The notes: a model not told the origin generated them from the letters alone. A DNA stretch of 64,000 bases from an uncultured delta proteobacterium (GCA_963845515.1 CAWJSR010000028.1:128001-192000), one strand, 5' to 3'; positions 51,009 through 62,124 are shown, counted from the first letter of the stretch. Made by a program: numbers and translations.

Positions 51009-51998
51009 CTAGCGTTGCGGCACCGCGGTCACGTCCAGCGCAGCCCGCAGCCGTGCCCAGGCCGCACACGCGAGGCCGTGCATCCACACGAGTTCCAGCG
51101 CGGTCCACTGCAGCGTGACCTGCAGCGTCTCGGGCGCCAACCGCCGGGCGCCGGCCGGCGCCGGCTCAACGAACCAGCCATGCGCCTGCGCGTCGGCCAG
51201 CAGATTGCGCACCGTGCCACGGCTGACGGCGGCGCGCCGCGAGATCTCTTGGGCGGTGATGGGCACCAGCGCCGTGCCGTCGGGGAGCGCCTGCATCGCC
51301 TCGGTCATCTGCAGGAACACGCGGTAGCCGTGGTCGTGGCGCAGCACCCAGGCCAGCGGCTGCGCGAAGTCCTCCCATAGGATGAAGCGGTCCTGCTCGA
51401 GCGCCGCCAGCCGGTAGCCGAACATCTCGCCCACCAGGCCCGGCGTGGCGATCATCGTGTCCACCGGCGCCGGCAGCGGCAGGGCTTCGTCGCCTTCGCA
51501 AGCGCGCAGGAAGCCGGCGATCCACTGGTGCAGGATGCCGTCGAGCAGCGGTGTGGGCTCGAGCGGACGAAATCGGGCGTCCATCACGTCCGCGCCGCCT
51601 GTCGCGGGCTGCAGCAGGCCGTGCAGCCGGGCATGCGCCAGCACCGCCTTCAGCTGCGACGCGCTGACGTGCAGGTGCGCCCGCACCGCGTGCGCGAAGA
51701 ACTGCGCCAGCCGGGTCGGGGTAACGCCGCTGAGCGGGTCGGCCGGGTCGCGCCGGTGGTGCAGCACGGCGCTGGCGATAAGCAGCAGGTAGCGCGGCGT
51801 GTTGCGGAACACGCTGCGCAGCGCCGGGTGGTCAGCCTGCACGCGCAGCCAGCAGCGGGCGAAGTGGCTGGCGCTTCGCTCGAAGCCCCCTCGCGCGGCC
51901 AGCGCGCGGCTGGCGGCATGCAGCGCGGCGCGGTCCAGCGTGCCGAACGCCCAGGCTTGCGGGTGCGTGCGCAACCAGGCTGGACGCCAGGGCGTCAT
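51009..51998 (-). CDS. Hypothetical protein with C-terminal winged HTH, paralog of 33067-33766
   Basis: ITAQEISRRAAVSRGTVRNLLADAQAHGW HTH-like segment; shared N-terminal motifs. Confidence 0.7.
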   Translation of the reverse strand: MTPWRPAWLRTHPQAWAFGTLDRAALHAASRALAARGGFERSASHFARCWLRVQADHPALRSVFRNTPRYLLLIASAVLHHRRDPADPLSGVTPTRLAQFFAHAVRAHLHVSASQLKAVLAHARLHGLLQPATGGADVMDARFRPLEPTPLLDGILHQWIAGFLRACEGDEALPLPAPVDTMIATPGLVGEMFGYRLAALEQDRFILWEDFAQPLAWVLRHDHGYRVFLQMTEAMQALPDGTALVPITAQEISRRAAVSRGTVRNLLADAQAHGWFVEPAPAGARRLAPETLQVTLQWTALELVWMHGLACAAWARLRAALDVTAVPQR

Positions 51999-52133
51999 TG
52001 GCGGGGCGGTTGCAAGTGCTGCGTCCAAGTTGGTGAATAGTGTGCCAGCCGGCCCGGCAAGCCTGCTTCGGCAGCACGGTAGGGGCGTGCCCTCTGACAC
52101 GCACCGAGACTGGGCGGCACGCCCGCGCGCGGG

Positions 52134-52360
52134 TTGGTCGATGCCGTCGACCTGGCAGCCTCCGCGCAGGTGGCGGACGAAGGACGCTTGCTGGCCTCGG
52201 TTTGCTTCCAGTGCCACGGAACGAGTGGCCCGAAGGGGGATCGGCACGCCGGCTGGCGTCGGCGAGGGGGACATGCTGGACAAGCTCAACAACGACGAGC
52301 GGACCAAGGACGCACGCAGCAGCATCATGAATCCGCATGCGCGGGGCTACCCGCTGATGG
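52134..52360 (+). pseudogene. Degenerate class I cytochrome c
   Basis: GRLLASVCFQCHGTSG, then frameshift into ..AGVGEGDMLDKL...SSIMNPHARGY; no intact signal peptide. Confidence 0.62.
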
Positions 52361-52563
52361 CCGGGTGCGTGTACCGTGCCTGTCGATTTCATCGCCACAT
52401 TGCCGACTGCCGGCCTGCACCTTCAGCGACTGCAATCGAGCTGGCAGACCGAAGACTCGTATGGCACTTGCCAGTCTTCTGCTGTCGATCGACCAACTTC
52501 CACAAGCAACAGCAAGGCACCGCCTGCAACCGATCAGATCTGGATGATCGAACGCATCCGGCA

Positions 52564-53605
52564 TCACACCGCATGGCTACGCGCCAGCGCCGCGCGCAAG
52601 CCGCCGAAGCGCCGCCGGTACTGCGGCGCCGACAGCTGCACCTTGCGCCTGAACAGCCGCCCGAAGAAGGCCGCATCCTCGTAGCCCACCTGCTCGGCGA
52701 TGGCTTCGACCGGCAGCGCGGTGGTCTCCAGCAGGTGCTTGGCTTCTTCGATGCGCAGCGTGTGCACGTATTCCAGCGGCGTCAACCCTGTGGCCAGCTT
52801 GAAGCGGCGCTGGAAGCTGCGCTCGGGCAGCTGGCTCAGTTCGATCAACGCCGCCACCGGCGCCGCGCTGGCGTAGTGTTCGGCGATCCAGGTCTGGCAG
52901 CGGCCGATCACCGCATCTTCCGACCTGGCGCGTGCGTGCCACACGCGCAAAGGGCTGCTGGCCGACGTGGTGCCAGTCGATCAGCCACACCTTGGCCACA
53001 TGCGTGGCCGCGTCGATGCTCACCAGCCGCGCGATCAGGTACAGCCCCAGGTCCATCCACGAGGTGCCGCCGCCGGCCATCACCAGGCGCTGGCCTTCGC
53101 CCGACACCACCAGTGAGCGCTGCGGCCGCACGCGCACCCGCGGATGGCGGCGCTGCATCGTGTCGCAGTAGGCCCAGTGGGTGGTCGCATCCTCGCCGTC
53201 GAGCAGGCCGGCGCCGGCCAGCAGCATCGCGCCGGTGCAGGCGGCGGTGATCAGCGCGCCGTTGGCCTGGCAACGGCGCAACCATTCCAGCTCGTCGGCA
53301 AAGCGTGCGTCGATCGGCTCGTCGGGGCTGACCTGCAGGTCGGGCACGCACACCACGTCGGGGGTCGGGCAGTCGGCGAGTGCGGCGTTGGCCTGGATCG
53401 TCGCGCCATTGGCCACCTGCATCGGGCCCGCATGCCGCCCGACGGTCATCGGCTTGAGCGCCGGCGCGCCCGTGCTGCCGTCGACGACCATCGGCCAGTC
53501 ACGCCCGGCGCTGTGGAACAGGTCGGTCAGGCCGTAGGCCACCGACGCCGTGCTGTACGGCGTGACGAGCACGGCGATGGTCGGCAGTGCAGCGGCGGGG
53601 GTCAT
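52564..53605 (-). CDS. GlxA-family (DJ-1/PfpI plus AraC) regulator (frameshift at ~52925)
   Basis: ACTGAMLLA.AGLLDG..ATTHW; RRFK.ATG.TP.EY...LRIEEAK. Confidence 0.9.
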
Positions 53606-53759
53606 GGCGGTCGGGCGGCGGTGGCAGGTCGACGCCCAAGTATCGCTGCGCAGTGGCGGAATCGTCAGGTTGCTTGCGGGAATCGCTGCGGGCGTTCGGG
53701 CCTTGCACTTCTACGCTTCATGCACCTCAACTGAACGCCTTCATGGCAAAGGAAGCATC

Positions 53760-55103
53760 ATGAAACTGCAAGACCAACACGGCCTGGAACTGTCCACCTC
53801 ATCCGTGTCATCGGCCGCGGCCTACGACGCGGCGCTGGACCTGTTCAACAGCTGGCGCATGGACCCGTTGGCGCTGCTGGCGCCGGTGCTCGCCGACGAC
53901 CCGGACTTCATCGCCGGCCACCTGCTGCAGGCCGGGCTGATGCTCAGCGCCTTCGAGCTGCCGCTGCTCGCCGCGGCTGCCGAAAGCCTGAAGCTTGCCG
54001 CGGCCAGCCGGCACACGCCGACGGCGCGCGAGCAGTCGCTGCTCGCCGCGCTGACCGTCTGGGCCGGCGGGGACATGGACGCCGGGCTGAGCCGCCTGGA
54101 CCACCACCTCGTCGAGCACCCGCGCGATCTGCTGGCGCTGCAGTTGGCGCACGTCTGCGACCTGGTGCTGGGCCGCACGACGATGCTGCGCGACCGCATC
54201 GCCCGGGTGCGCAGCCACTGGAGCGAAGCCGACGCCGGCTATGGCTATGTGCTCGGCATGATGGCCTTTGGGCTGGAAGAAAACTTCGCCTTCGAGCGCG
54301 CCGAAAGCCTCGGCCGCCGCGCGGTGGAGCTGAACCCCAACGATGTCTGGGCGGTGCACGCGGTGGCGCATGTGTGCGAGATGCAGGGCCGCGCGGCCGA
54401 CGGCATCACCTGGATGAACGCCACACGTCCGGCCTGGCGCTATGACAACGGCATGGCGGTGCACAACCACTGGCACCTGGCGCTGATGCACCTGGCGCAG
54501 GGTGATCGACCTGCCGCGCTGGCGCTGTACGACGAGGCGGTGGCGCCCACGGCGGAAGTGCTGACCATGAACCTGGCCGATGCGAGTTCGCTGCTGTGGC
54601 GCTTGCAACTGCGTGGCCTCGACGTCGGAAGCCGCTGGTCGGCACTGGCGCGGCAGTGGCGTGCGCAGGGCGTGTGGGGGACCACGGCCTTCTTCGACAT
54701 GCATGCCGCGATGGTCTTCGTCGCCGCCGGCGATGCCGCGGCGCTCGACACGCTGCGCGTGGCGGCCGGCGAAGCGGCGGCCAGCCCGTCCGGCGACGCC
54801 CTCTGGCGCCGGCTGATGCTGCCGGTCATCGACGGATTCACGGCACTGCTCGACGGCCAGCCGGCGCGCTGCACCGAACTGCTGCTGCCGCTGTTGCCGG
54901 TGACCCAGCCGATGGGCGGCAGCCACGCGCAGCGCCAGGTGCTGCTGCTGACGGCGCTGGAAGCGGCGCGCCGCAGCGGCAACCGCGCGCTGACCGAGGC
55001 ACTGGCGGCCGAGCAGGCGGTGCACCGCATCGACGCTGCGCTGCCGCGCCGCAGTGCGGCGTCGACCCCCCAACCCAGCCCGCGAACGCTGATGACGGCC
55101 TGA
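53760..55103 (+). CDS. TTC38-like TPR protein, paralog 2
   Basis: GMMAFGLEE, WAVHAVAHVCEMQG, HNHWHLAL, DASSLLWRL, GGSHAQR. Confidence 0.85.
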   Translation: MKLQDQHGLELSTSSVSSAAAYDAALDLFNSWRMDPLALLAPVLADDPDFIAGHLLQAGLMLSAFELPLLAAAAESLKLAAASRHTPTAREQSLLAALTVWAGGDMDAGLSRLDHHLVEHPRDLLALQLAHVCDLVLGRTTMLRDRIARVRSHWSEADAGYGYVLGMMAFGLEENFAFERAESLGRRAVELNPNDVWAVHAVAHVCEMQGRAADGITWMNATRPAWRYDNGMAVHNHWHLALMHLAQGDRPAALALYDEAVAPTAEVLTMNLADASSLLWRLQLRGLDVGSRWSALARQWRAQGVWGTTAFFDMHAAMVFVAAGDAAALDTLRVAAGEAAASPSGDALWRRLMLPVIDGFTALLDGQPARCTELLLPLLPVTQPMGGSHAQRQVLLLTALEAARRSGNRALTEALAAEQAVHRIDAALPRRSAASTPQPSPRTLMTA

Positions 55104-55227
55104 GGACGCAAGGCCGTGCCCGCGCAGGGCCTTGGGCTCCAGGGCCGGCAAGGATCGCTGCGACAAGCGGCCCGGGCCTGCCCCATGGTTCGACCTTCAA
55201 CATTCATTTCCCACAGGAGAAACCATC

Positions 55228-55944
55228 ATGTTCAGCAGAACACAGCTGTCGGCCGCCACGCTCGCACTCGCGATCGGCGCCGGCCCGTCCGCGTACGCGG
55301 GCACCTTCGAATTCGTCTTGCCCGACCTGGCCACCTTCGAAAGCTTCATCAGCGACGACCCCGGCCAGACCTTCCGTGGCACCGGCTTCGTCGGCATGAT
55401 CGACGACCGCTGGGGCAGCGGCAAGAAGACCTGGGCCCATGTGCTGGGCCTGGAGAGTGATTCGCTCAGCCGCACGCTGATGCAGCTCGAACTGGCGCCT
55501 CTGCAAGGGCAGAAGGTCGTGTCGGCGACGCTGCGCTTCAACATCCTGCACGGTGACGAACAAGGCACGAACAGTGTCGTGGTGCAGGGCTTCGATGGCG
55601 GCGCAGGCGATCTCGCGCTGTCCTGGGCATGGCCGGGCCATGCGCACGGCTCGTCGGTCGGCACTGCCACCGCGGGATCGGCATCGGCCATCGACATCAC
55701 GCAGCAACTGAAGTTCAGCGTCGACCACGGCCACGACTGGTTGGGCCTGCACCTGCAGGCCGTCGGCACCCGCAACCTGTTCACCGCGACACACGACTAC
55801 CCGTCGCTGCTGTTTCCCGACCGGGCCGGTGTGCGCATCGACGTCATCACCGCCGCGGTGCCCGAACCGGCAAGTTGGGCGCTGATGCTCGGCGGAGTGG
55901 CGCTGATGGCCGGTCTGCGCAGGCGTCCCAGGGCCGGCTGTTGA
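55228..55944 (+). CDS. PEP-CTERM surface protein
   Basis: Signal peptide (AYA); [23 protein letters not shown]. Confidence 0.88.
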   Translation: MFSRTQLSAATLALAIGAGPSAYAGTFEFVLPDLATFESFISDDPGQTFRGTGFVGMIDDRWGSGKKTWAHVLGLESDSLSRTLMQLELAPLQGQKVVSATLRFNILHGDEQGTNSVVVQGFDGGAGDLALSWAWPGHAHGSSVGTATAGSASAIDITQQLKFSVDHGHDWLGLHLQAVGTRNLFTATHDYPSLLFPDRAGVRIDVITAAVPEPASWALMLGGVALMAGLRRRPRAGC

Positions 55945-56000
55945 TGCAGAACAGGCGCTGACGCTGCCCACCGGGCCTGCACGATCGGCACGAACGGGCA

Positions 56001-59000
56001 TCAGGTCCCACTGCCGTCCGCCTTGCCCAGGCAGCGCTGCATCAGCGCCTGCAGCGCCTCGGCATCGACCGGCTTGCGCAGCACGCCGCACACCCCGTGG
56101 TGCTGCGCCTGCTCGGCGTCGATACCCTCGGCATTGCCGGTGTACAGCAGCACCGGCAGGCCCGGGCGCAGGCGGCGGGCGCGCTGCGCCAGTTGCAGCC
56201 CGTTGAGCTGCGGCATGGTCTGGTCGGTGATCAGCAGGTCCAGAGGCTGAGCCGACTGCTCCAGCCAGGCCAGCGCCTGCAGTGGGTCGCGCTGCAGCAC
56301 GACCTGGAGACCCCAGCCTTCGAGCAGCTCGGCCATGAAGTCGCCGACCATGGCTTCGTCGTCGACCACCATCACCCGGCCCGCCAGCGGCCGGCCCACC
56401 GCGGCCTGTGCGTGCGCCTCGGGTTCGGGCCGTTCCCGGCCCTGCGCCGGCGGCAGCAGCACGCGAAACACCGATCCGGCCTGTGGCGCCGTCTCGACGA
56501 GCACATGGCCGCCATGGTCGTGCACGATGCCGTGCACCATCGCCAGGCCCATGCCCGACCCGCGGCCGACCTCCTTGGTCGAGAAGAAGGGCTCGAACAT
56601 GCGCTCCAGCGTGACGGGCTCGATGCCGCTGCCGTTGTCGGCCACGCTCAGCTCGACCCAGTTCGCCCGCGGCAGCTGCGCCCTGCAGGAGGCGCAGGTG
56701 AAGTCGCCGCTGCGTTCGCGCAGCCGCACCTTGATCAGCCCGGACGCGTCGATCGCGTCGCGCGCGTTGATGCACAGGTTGAACAGCACCTGTTCCAGCT
56801 GCACCGCGTCGGCTTCGACGCGGGCGCCGGCGTCGTCGCTGGGCAGCACGGCATTCACCGCCACCGAGGTCGGCAGCGTCGAACGCAGCAGCTGCAGTGT
56901 CTGGCGCACCAGCGGCGCCAGCGGCAGCACGCGACGCTCGCCGCGCTGGCGCCGCGCGAAGGCCAGCATCTGCGCGATCAGTTCGCGCGCGCGCTGCGCC
57001 GCCAGATGCGCCTTGTCCAGCTGGCGCTGCAGCCGCTCGTCGCCCAGTGTGCCGGCGCGCTCCTGCGCCCAGCACCAGGTAGCCGATGACGCTGGTCAGG
57101 ATGTTGTTGAAGTCGTGCGCGATGCCGCCGGTGAGCTGGCCGATGGCCTCCATCTTCTGCGCCTGGCGCAGCTGGGCTTCGAGTCGCTCACGCTCGGCCT
57201 CGGCCGCTCGACGCTCGGTGATGTCGCGCGCCGCGTACAGCACGTGCGGCTGGCCGCGGTAGGCCACCGGCACGCCGCGCACCTCGGCGCTGAAGCGCGT
57301 GCCGTCCTTGCGCGATGCCTGCACCTCGAAGCGCAGCGTCTCACCGGCCAGCGCCCGCTCGTGCTGCTGGCGGTACTCGCGCTGCAGCAGCGCGTCGCTC
57401 TGCGTCAGCACGCGGGTGGCGCCCAGCACCTCGTCGCGGCTGTAGCCGCTGAGCGCCAGGTAGGCCGGGTTGACCTCGACCGCGCTGTGCTCGGCATCGC
57501 GCAGCAGCAAGGCGTCGGCGGACGCGTTGAAGATCGCGCGGTACTGCTCTTCGCTGTCGCGCAATGCCTGCTCGGAGCGCTTGCGCTCGGTGATGTCGCG
57601 GCCGATGTACAGCACGTGCGGCTGGCCGCGGTGGCGGATCGGCACGCCGCGCAGCTCGATCTGGTAGCGCGTGCCGTCGCGGTGCAGGAAGGGCACCTCC
57701 AGCTCGACGGTCTCGCCGGCCAGCGCGCGCTGGTGCAACTCGCGGATGTGCGGCGCCACCTCGGTCGGGTTGGCAATGACGCGGTCCTGGCCCAGCACCT
57801 CGGCATGCGGCATGCCGCTCATGCGCTCGTAGGTGGCGTTGACGTCGACGATGCGGAAACCGGCATCGCGCAGCACCAGGGCGTCGGCCGAGGCGTTGAA
57901 GATCGCGCGGTACTGCGCCTCGCTGTCGCGCAGCGCCTGCTCGGCGCGGCGGCGCTCGGTGATGTCGCGGCCCACGCACAGCACATGCGGCTCGCCGCCG
58001 TAGCGGATCGGCAGGTAGCGCAGCTCGACATCGAAGACGCGGCCGTCCCTGCGCACGCCCTGGGTCTCGAGCAGGCCTTGCTGCCCGGCCAGCGCCTGGC
58101 GGATCAGCGCCACGCGCGCGTCGATGCCCTCTTCGGGTATGCGTGAGCCGAAGCCCTGCTCCAGCACCTCCTCGCGCCGGTAGCCGTAGACGCGCTCGAA
58201 GGCCTGGTTGACGTCGACGATGCGCACGTCGCGGTTCCACAGCACCATGGCGTCGCTGCTGCCGTCGAAGGCGGCGCGGTACTGCTCCTCGCGCATGCGC
58301 AGCGCGGCCAGGGCAGCATTTCGTTCGGTGATGTCGCGCGCCACCGACAGCACGTAGCTCACGCCGCCGAAGCGCACCGGGACGTAGCGCACCTCGACCT
58401 CGAAGCGCCGCCCGTCCTTCGACGGTACCTGCGTCTCGATGCGTCCCTCGATACCGGTGAGCGCAGCGCGCATCAGCGCGCTGCGCTGTTCCAGATCGGG
58501 CTCGCCTTCGCGCGCGCCGAGAGGTCGGCCGACCACGTCGTCGCGCGTCCAGCCGCTGATGCGCGTGAACGCCTGATTCACGTCCACCAGGCGCAGCTCG
58601 GCGTCCCACAGCCCCATCGCGTCCGCACTGCTGTCGAACAGCGCCCGGTATTGCTGCTCGCTGGCCTGCAGCGCGGCCAGCGCCGCCTTGTGCTCGGTGA
58701 TCTCGCGCGTGAAGGCCAGGATGTGGCGGCGCCCGTCGATCTGCACCGCCTTCAGCCGTACCTCGTCCCAATGCAGGCTGCCATCCTTGCTGCGGCTGCG
58801 CCACTCGAAGGGCGGGCAACGCCCCATGCGGGCCAGCTGCAGGTTGCGCAGTGCCTGCTCGGTGGTGTGGGGAGGCTCGTTGGCGCCGAGGTCGGTGGCC
58901 GACAGCCGTATCAGCTCGTCGCGTGTGTAGCCATAGGTCGTGCAGCCCTTCGGGTTGGCATCGATGATCTTGCCGCTGTCCCAGTCGTGGATGAAGATCG

Positions 59001-60054
59001 CGTCTTCGGCAGTCTCGAAGATGGTGCGGTAGCTGGCTTCCGAGCGGCGCAGCGCCTCGGTGGCGCGCAGCTGCTCGATCTCGGCCGCGGCGCGCACCGC
59101 GAAGATCTGCAGCACCGATTCGATGCGCTCCACGTGCAGCAGCGGCGAACGCGAGGCGATGGCGATGGTGCCCAGCGCGCTGCCGTCCTGGCCGAGCAGC
59201 GGGTAACCGGCATAGCTGACGATGCCCTCGAATGGCGCATCGGTGTCGTCGGGGAAGCGCTCTTGCAGCCGATCGGGGTAGACGCGGAAACGCTGGCCCA
59301 GCACGTGCTCGCACGGCGTGCCCTGGACCGGATAGCTCATGTCCTGCAGCATCTGCTGGTCGCACTGCATCGCCAGCATGCGCAGCGCCTGCGGTTCGCC
59401 GCTCTCCAGGCGCGAGATGAAGGCCACCTCGACGCGCAGGACGGCGGCGAGCAGGCGCACCAGCTCGACGAAGACCGAATCGCCGTGCGTGCCGGACACG
59501 GCCAGCGCGGCCGCGCGAAAGGCCTGGTCGACATGGCTGCGCTCGATCTCGGCCACCATGCGGCCGGCAAAGATCTTCAGCAGCGCCTCGGCCAGCGCGG
59601 CGTCGGCGATCGGCCGGCGGTGCATCGCAACCAGCAGGCCGAGTGGAGTGCCCTCGCTGTCGGCCAGAGGGAACGCCGCATACGAATCCATGCCCTTGGC
59701 GGCGAAGAGTGTGCCGGGCGGAAACTCGGCGGCGACACCGCTGGGCACATGGCGGAAGGCGCGCCCGACGACCCGGGCGCAGGGCGTGCCTTCGAGCGCG
59801 TAGTGGAAGTTCTGCAGCATGCGGCCGTCCATCACCGCGGCCAGCGTGCGCATCTGCCGCCGCGTCTCGTCGCTGAAGACGGCGACGAAGACGGTGTCCA
59901 CGCGCAGCGTGTCGGCCAAGTCGCGCACCAGGTCGGCAAACAGGTTCGGTCCGCCGCCCTGGGCCACCGCCTGCGCCGCGCGGAACATCGCCCGCGCGGC
60001 GTCGTCCCAGCCTGCGGGTTCGGTGCGCGCGGTCGAATGCTCGGTGGCAGCCAT
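56001..60054 (-). CDS. Soluble hybrid sensor kinase: 2 GAF, 5 PAS, HisKA, HATPase, REC (frameshift at ~57070)
   Basis: EGTPC/QGTPC GAFs; five YR.(I/L/A)F...DIT/EIT PAS units; [32 protein letters not shown]...ITDQTMP...KP. Confidence 0.92.
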
Positions 60055-60104
60055 CGGCCGTCAGTCTAGGCCGCAAAGCGCGCTGGCGGGCCCTCATTTC
60101 CTCG

Positions 60105-60195
60105 GCGACACGTCGCGGATACGTGGCGGATACATGACGTGCCGACGTCTATCTGCCGACAACACACCGGGCACGGCACGACATGGCCCGGATAC
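60105..60195 (+). promoter_or_regulatory. 11-bp-periodic GATAC/GACA repeats between the kinase and the phospholipase D gene
   Basis: gcgacac 60105, cggatac 60116, cggatac 60127; ccgacaa 60156, acgacat 60178, cggatac 60189. Confidence 0.55.
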
Positions 60196-60229
60196 CGCCC
60201 GCGCAGATGCTCCACGGCAAGGAACACCC

Positions 60230-61822
60230 ATGCCCCAGGAGACGACGATGTTTGCCGCCATACCCGATATCCGCCGCCCCGTTCGGTCCGCCGCATCGCG
60301 GGGGTGGCAGCACGCCGCCACCTGGGCCGTGCTGCTGGGCAGCCTGGTCGGCGCCGGTTGCGGCAGCCTGCCGCAGCAGGTGGAGCGCCCCATGTCCTGG
60401 ACGATGCCGCTGGCCGAAGACACGCCGCTGGCGCGCCTGATGCAGGCCTCGACACCGCCGCAGCTGGCGCAGCAGTCGGGCATCCGCCTGCTCGCGGACG
60501 GCGCCGACGCGCTGGCCACGCGGCTGGCGCTGATCGACGCCGCGCGCAGCTCGCTGGACCTGCAGTACTTCCTGATCAGCGACGACGCCAGCGGCGTGCA
60601 GCTGCTCGACGCGCTGCGCGCCGCGGCCGAACGTGGCGTGCGCGTGCGGCTGCTGCTCGACGACCTGCATGTCGGCGCCCACGAGACACGCCTGGCGGCG
60701 CTGGACCACCACGCGCGGATCGAGGTGCGGCTGTTCAACCCGCTGCCGGTGCGCGGCGCCTCGCTGGCGCAGCGGCTGCTCGGCTCGATGCACGAGTTCG
60801 GACGCATCAACCGGCGCATGCACAACAAGCTGTTCATCGCCGATGGCCAGATCGCACTGGCCGGTGGCCGCAACATCGGCGACGACTACTTCATGCGCAG
60901 CACGGTCGCCAACTTCGTCGACCTGGACATCCTGGCCACCGGGCCGGTGGTGGGCGAGCTGGCCCAGCTTTTCGATCGATTCTGGAACGACGACAGCTCC
61001 TATCCGGCGGCCAGCCTGCTGCCGCCGGCGCAGGTCGCCCTGCCTGCCGCCTCGGCCGCACGGCCCGAGGCGGCCACCGCCGACGGCGTTGCGGCGCAGA
61101 TTCGCCGCGGCCGGCTCGAGCTGCACTTCGCCAACGCGCGGGTCTTCGCCGATGCGCCGAGCAAGGCCTCGCGCCTGGATGCATCGCTGCAGCCTGGTGA
61201 AGCAATGGCGCAGTCACTGGCGCTGATGAGCGCGGCACGCTCCGACGTGACCATCGCCTCGCCCTACTTCGTGCCCGGGCCAGGCGGTCTGGCGCTGATG
61301 CAGGAGGCCGCCGCGCGCGGCATCCATATCGCGGTGATGACCAACTCGCTGGGCGCCACCGACGAACCGCTGGCCTATCGCGGCTACCGGCGCTATCGCC
61401 TGGCGATGTTGAAGATGGGCGTGCGCCTGGCCGAACTGAGCCCGGTGCATGGGGAACGGGCCCCGGGTCCGGGCGCGCCGCGCTCTTCGCTCGGACGGCT
61501 GCATGCCAAGCTGGCCATCATCGACCAGCGCTGGCTGCTGGTGGGATCGCTCAACATGGACCGGCGCTCGTCGCGCCTCAACACCGAGCTGGCCTTGGCC
61601 ATCGACAGCCCGGCGCTGGCCCGCGAGGCGGCTGCACTGCTGCAGCGGCTGTGGACCGACAGCAACTACCAGCTGCGCCTGAGCCCGGCCGAGGACCGCA
61701 TCGAATGGCTCGCCAACGAAGACGGCCAGCAAGTCGTGCACAGCAACGAGCCGCATGCCGACTGGTTCGGCCTGTGGGGGCTGAGGCTGATGTCGCTGCT
61801 GGTGCCGGAGGAGTTGTTGTAG
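60230..61822 (+). CDS. Phospholipase D family lipoprotein (ClsC/YmdC-like)
   Basis: Two HKD motifs (HNKLFIAD, HAKLAIID), GGRNIGDDYF, GSLNMD; lipobox-like GAGC. Confidence 0.9.
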   Translation: MPQETTMFAAIPDIRRPVRSAASRGWQHAATWAVLLGSLVGAGCGSLPQQVERPMSWTMPLAEDTPLARLMQASTPPQLAQQSGIRLLADGADALATRLALIDAARSSLDLQYFLISDDASGVQLLDALRAAAERGVRVRLLLDDLHVGAHETRLAALDHHARIEVRLFNPLPVRGASLAQRLLGSMHEFGRINRRMHNKLFIADGQIALAGGRNIGDDYFMRSTVANFVDLDILATGPVVGELAQLFDRFWNDDSSYPAASLLPPAQVALPAASAARPEAATADGVAAQIRRGRLELHFANARVFADAPSKASRLDASLQPGEAMAQSLALMSAARSDVTIASPYFVPGPGGLALMQEAAARGIHIAVMTNSLGATDEPLAYRGYRRYRLAMLKMGVRLAELSPVHGERAPGPGAPRSSLGRLHAKLAIIDQRWLLVGSLNMDRRSSRLNTELALAIDSPALAREAAALLQRLWTDSNYQLRLSPAEDRIEWLANEDGQQVVHSNEPHADWFGLWGLRLMSLLVPEELL

Positions 61823-61914
61823 GTCATCGTCGGCCGGAGCGAATTGTCGCCGTCGTTCTTCCTTGGGCCGGACATTCCGGCAGGCAATGCCCGGGGCACT
61901 GCGTCAGCGGGGAT

Positions 61915-62068
61915 GCAGATGGATGACCTTCTCGGCGCAGCCAGTCTTCGAACGCCCCCATCGTTTCCTGAACCCGGCGCCATGACCCTGCCACTCGGCG
62001 GCGGCTTGTTGATCCTGGCGCGGGCCCGCCTGCGTGGCGGGCCGGGGCCGTCCACGGGCGCAAGCTGA
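61915..62068 (+). pseudogene. Degenerate PEP-CTERM remnant
   Basis: FPEPGAMTLPLGGGLLILARARLR with no upstream signal peptide or domain. Confidence 0.45.
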
Positions 62069-62124
62069 GCGTCGCGGCGCTGGGCAAAGCCGGCGACGCG
62101 ACGCACAGGGCCAGCGTGCTTGGA

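Noticed and set aside
55204..57070. 1616-aa kinase ORF with an unusual C-terminus overlapping the PEP-CTERM gene
   Set aside because: Artefact of the indel at ~57070; the real HATPase-REC end is in the 56001-56969 frame
426..60054. Frameshifts in pyrF, ftsZ, ftsA, murG, ftsW, tpiA, the acyl-CoA synthetase, the kinase and others as pseudogenes or programmed frameshifts
   Set aside because: They hit essential genes in all three fragments, both halves stay well conserved, and no common slippery site is evident; this fits long-read indel errors
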